This document shows positions 60,350 to 64,000 of a stretch of 64,000 nucleotides of DNA, one piece after another (the stretch's first letter is position 1; each line of letters starts with the position of its first letter). A model generated the notes under the pieces. The model did not search any database, was not told the DNA's origin, and saw nothing but the letters and a program-made list of their open reading frames with translations. A program made the position numbers and the translations under genes. The stretch spans positions 62,001-126,000 of the forward strand of contig FLMG01001546.1 of the NCBI GenBank assembly GCA_900088475.1, read 5' to 3'. The DNA comes from Hyphochytrium catenoides. Lineage: Eukaryota; Protista; Hyphochytriomycota.

Positions 60350-63068
60350 ATGAGTGGTGCCAAATCCCCTGATCAACAGAGGGAGGCTACACTCTCAACC
60401 ACCATCGACCTTCATACGTTGAGCAACCTCGCATTGGCCGACTTTGAAGGCCTTCAATCTGAACCAGTGATAGATTCTAAGACTGAAGTCGAGACCTTAT
60501 CAAAGGGCTTAAGAGTGGAGACGGAAAGCAAGCTGCCTGGGGGAAACAGCACGACTTACTCAGATGTTGTAAGCTCTCAACTGCTCTTCGAATTGGCCGC
60601 AGGGCCTCTAGAGCCGTATGCACCTTCTAGCGGCTTTGCAACCGCTCCATTCAGTAGCACAGTGGTCTCAAAGGATGTGCAAAGCAACCAAGAGTTAGGC
60701 ATCGAGTGCAGCACGGATCAACCTTGTGACGTCAATGGCGTACATGAGCAGAAAACACTTACCTCAGCCCAAGGAAGTGATACAGATAATGCTGCCCTTT
60801 CTGGCTTAACCTTTTCAGAGGACTCTTCATCGGCGAAAGAGGAAAGCAGATTAGTAACACCCGGCAGCCCTCAGGGTAGTAGAAGCCCTGGGGGAAGTCG
60901 CAGGCGGTCGGACACGTTTGAGAGGTGGAGAATAGTGGAAGAAGAAAAGGAGAAATGGCTAGAACAACAACGACAACAGCTTCTCCAAAGGGAGATAGCT
61001 GACTTGCAGCCCACACCTAGGATTAATAAGGTATGATGAAGGCATTAACATTAGCTTTCTATGGTTGGCTTCTATCGTCCCTAAATCTTAATTATCAATC
61101 TCTAGCGATCGAAAGGTCTGTCTCGGAACGTTGATGATATGCTGCTATGGCACTCGAAGACGCGGCAGAAGCAGGAGCTGCAGCGTCACCTTCAGAAATC
61201 AAGAGAAGAGGCCGCTTGCTCAGGTGCTCCAGTCCTATCCTCAAGATCAATAGAGTTGGCTACCAAACGTCAACATGAAGGTAACGCCTGGCCGAGTTGG
61301 TCTTCATCTGCACAAGGCAACAACTCAAAATCCGACTGACTATCGCCGCTATAAATGATGTTGTTTTGAAGAGGGAAGCAGCTCAGACGTTGGAACTCGA
61401 TTATTTGAAGATTCTGTGGCAAGAGAGAGACGCCTTCAGGACAATCGAAAGGTTCAGGCTAAAGAGTTCTCCTTCAAGCCCAACCTTGCGACGAGCGTCA
61501 CTGTCACTACGAAGTCAAGCGTCACAGAGGTCGTGAGACGACAGAATGAGGAGGATAAAGGAGAGGATGACGGCCTCTTATTTCAACCCGCAATCAATTC
61601 AAAGTCAGCCCGCATGCCCAGAGATGTGCCGATTGAAGATTGGCTGCAGAAGAAGGGCCATGACTATGAGCTGAGGCGCCAACGATGGCTTGAGATCGAG
61701 GAACTGAGGCTTGCCACAAGCAAGGTATGACTAGCGTGCGGGATAGACTACGCTGATCTAGTGCGACCAAAAGCGTTTTGTGCATCACGGAGCTAAGTGA
61801 AGAGACGTCAAAGTTAGGGAATGAAGTTGAGACCATGACTTTGTGGGCCTTTGCGAAGATAGCTGTTATCTGCCTCGCTAAGCAATTCACTTCCTTTCTC
61901 CAGTTTCATGCGAGCACTAGGAACGTCATACTATCGCAAAGAGCTCTTGAAAGAAGAGGACAGGATCATGAGAGCCGTCTTTTTGGCCCCTTGGAGGGGC
62001 ATGTTCCGCCTCCACCGCCCTCTCCGCCACGGATAGTCGTCAAGAGGAACACAGAGTACTATGAGAAGAATCTGAAGTGGAAGATGCAAATAGAAGAGCG
62101 GTTACATAAAGAAAGGAAGGCCCGTGAAGATAAGCTCCAAGAGACTTGCACCTTCACCCCTAAGATATCGGTCAGTCCTAACAAGGGACGACAAGAGGAG
62201 TCTGGTCGCACTCGCATTACTGGAGAGAAGCTGTTTTGGAAGGACTTGGAGTGGCTCAGAAGGAGAGATAGCAAGCTCGCCCAAGAAAGAAAGACACTGG
62301 AGGACAAGGCGATGAAAGAATGTACCTTTCATCCGCAGCTTCAGCCTCCCAAGGGAAGTAGATCACCCAGAACTCGGTCATCAACCTTCTTCCAAGTCAA
62401 CCGGCCGATGGATACCTCCCATTCGGCAGTGGCTCCGTCCGTAAACGCGGCTGTATTGTCGCTTTCGTCACCCCCGACAGCTCATGGAGTAGGTCCAGAG
62501 TCCTTTAAAAGTCTAAGAAGCGAAGCCTCTCCATCATTAGATCAGGTAAGTCACTGGCTGCTGGCCAGAGATAGAGAGCCAATCAACGATTGACCTATGG
62601 CTCTCCCTCGTTTCCATTACTCGTTTCTAGATCCGTCTTTAACGCCTTTCTCGCTCTCATACCCCTGCCATTAAACTGTTGTGTCTTTGTACTCTGTAGT
62701 TCCTCCAAGTCTATCAAACCAAACAGCAAGCTATCGCCTCATCCCAGGGTGTCAAGGCGATTGATCGGGCAGAGAATACCGAGCCTTTTCTCTCTCTTGA
62801 CATTGGGGCCAACAATCCAGGGACTTCTGAGACCAGCGACGTCTCCTCGTTCTCACCAGACAAGCTTTCTCGGCTCTTACCCAAGGGTTGGGACCTTTAT
62901 GTGACTGAGGAGGGGCTTGTCTATTACTGCAAGCAGGAGACGCAGCAGACGCAGTGGGAGTTTCCCTACGACGACGCGCTGATGGAGTTTACAAATGCCC
63001 TTAAACCCCAAGATCTCCCTCAGTCCGCTCAGAAAAATCTCGCTGCAGAGCCCGCTGCTGAGACATAA
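60350..63068 (+). CDS. Uncharacterised protein with repeated [E/T]CTFxP-type motifs, coiled-coil segments and a C-terminal WW domain, multi-exon
   Basis: Repeats DLQPTPRINK, ACSGAPVLS, EFSFKPNL, LLFQPAINSKS, TCTFTPKIS and ECTFHPQL. Last exon LPKGWDLYVTEEGLVYYCKQETQQTQWEFP fits the WW consensus; stop TAA ends at 63068. Confidence 0.75.
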
Positions 63069-63153
63069 CTGTATGCAGCAGATAACGAATACTTATTAAA
63101 TATTAATCGCAGATCAACTTAAGGCTATAAGGGCCCTTCAGAGGAAGAAAGAG

Positions 63154-64000
63154 CTAACTCGGGGCTGCCATACTCTGCGCCATCGCTTCCAAATCCTTAA
63201 TTACCTTGTTGTAGTCACTGCTCTTTACCAGAATTACGCGGAGACCCTTGGTATCTTTTGTGGCAGAGGGAGTTGCGCTCTCAGAGTTCTTGGGTGGATA
63301 GACGGAGTAAGAGACAATCGCGTCCTGTTGGAGCTGTTAGTCCAGACTTTTATACGCAGTTACTGGCCATTACTTCTCGGGACCCGTGTTCTTGTTCGTC
63401 CAAGCTTGATCTCTCTCTTCCAACCTGGCCCAATCAGCCGCTCAAGCTTGCATTCCACCGTCTCTAACTACCAGGCCAGGCTACGTCTACTTGACTACTT
63501 ACCGCTGCGATAAGCTCATCATCAAACCGGTAGTAATACTCAGCCCCGATAGCCTCCTGAGCTGGTTTCGCTTTTTTACTTCCTTTTGCCTTCTTCGTAG
63601 TTTTAGGCTTGAAGACGGAGGCAAGCAGGAGGTAGTGACTGAACTGAAAGTTATCTTTCTCCTCTGGCTGTTGAAGAGTAGGCAAATATTGAGACGTCAG
63701 GCTAATACCATAAATAGTGTGGCAGTATTAAGTAATTGGAAGAAGGATGCTAGAGATGGACCACACTTCAACTAAGAGTTGAAACAGTCTAGGATGCGGA
63801 GGGGAAGATGCCCGGCCAGAACATATAGCAGGTGAGGGAGAGGAATCTAAAGAAGACCCACGACGTTAAGGTGGTAGGAGTGAGAGAACGCTCAACGCCT
63901 AGACAGCATGTTTGATCCTCGAACAACTACGCCAGGACAAAGTCCTGGTGGTGAGAATCTTACGATATTGTCAAGGGTCCACTCTATGTCACTCTTCAAT
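63154..64000 (-). CDS. BCCIP: BCP1/BCCIP family protein, 3' part (continues beyond the window)
   Basis: LKSDIEWTLDN..., EEKDNFQFSHYLLLASVF, lysine-rich loop, YYYRFDDELIA and final ...LRVILVKSSDYNKVIKDL resemble the recalled BCP1 C-terminal half. Confidence 0.7.

Noticed and set aside
1-64000. Transposons, viral inserts, introner-type repeated introns or an alternative genetic code
   Set aside because: No transposase, RT or integrase motifs seen; the introns inspected are not similar to one another; TAA, TAG and TGA all terminate conserved genes.

Overview
Gene-dense eukaryotic nuclear DNA: roughly 50% GC, standard genetic code, short GT-AG spliceosomal introns (mostly about 55-120 nt) with CTAAC/CTGAC branch points. 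Gene content and style suggest a protist, plausibly a stramenopile (inference). In order: an RVxF-motif protein running off the left edge; a BLES03/DUF1917 eIF4E-fold protein; an intronless fused YeeE/YedE sulfur transporter; UNC-45; CCT1; a PHO88/SND3-family protein; a single ~26.7 kb gene for a giant (estimated ~7,000 aa) single-pass surface protein; a BRE/BABAM2-like gene; an intronless SGNH-family type II membrane protein; three identical tRNA-Gly(TCC) genes; DNA polymerase epsilon catalytic subunit; a 2-Cys peroxiredoxin with an NLS-like tail; a TFxP-repeat + WW protein; and the 3' part of BCP1/BCCIP. The giant protein is the most unusual system: signal peptide, 7 Ig-like repeats, 2 Calx-beta-like repeats, ~3,000 aa of Cys-rich repeats, one TM helix, a ~3,000 aa coiled-coil tail and a degenerate zincin-like end domain. 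There are two N gaps. No mobile element, CRISPR array or rRNA is supported. Exon models were read by hand and family assignments rest on recalled motifs, not database searches.
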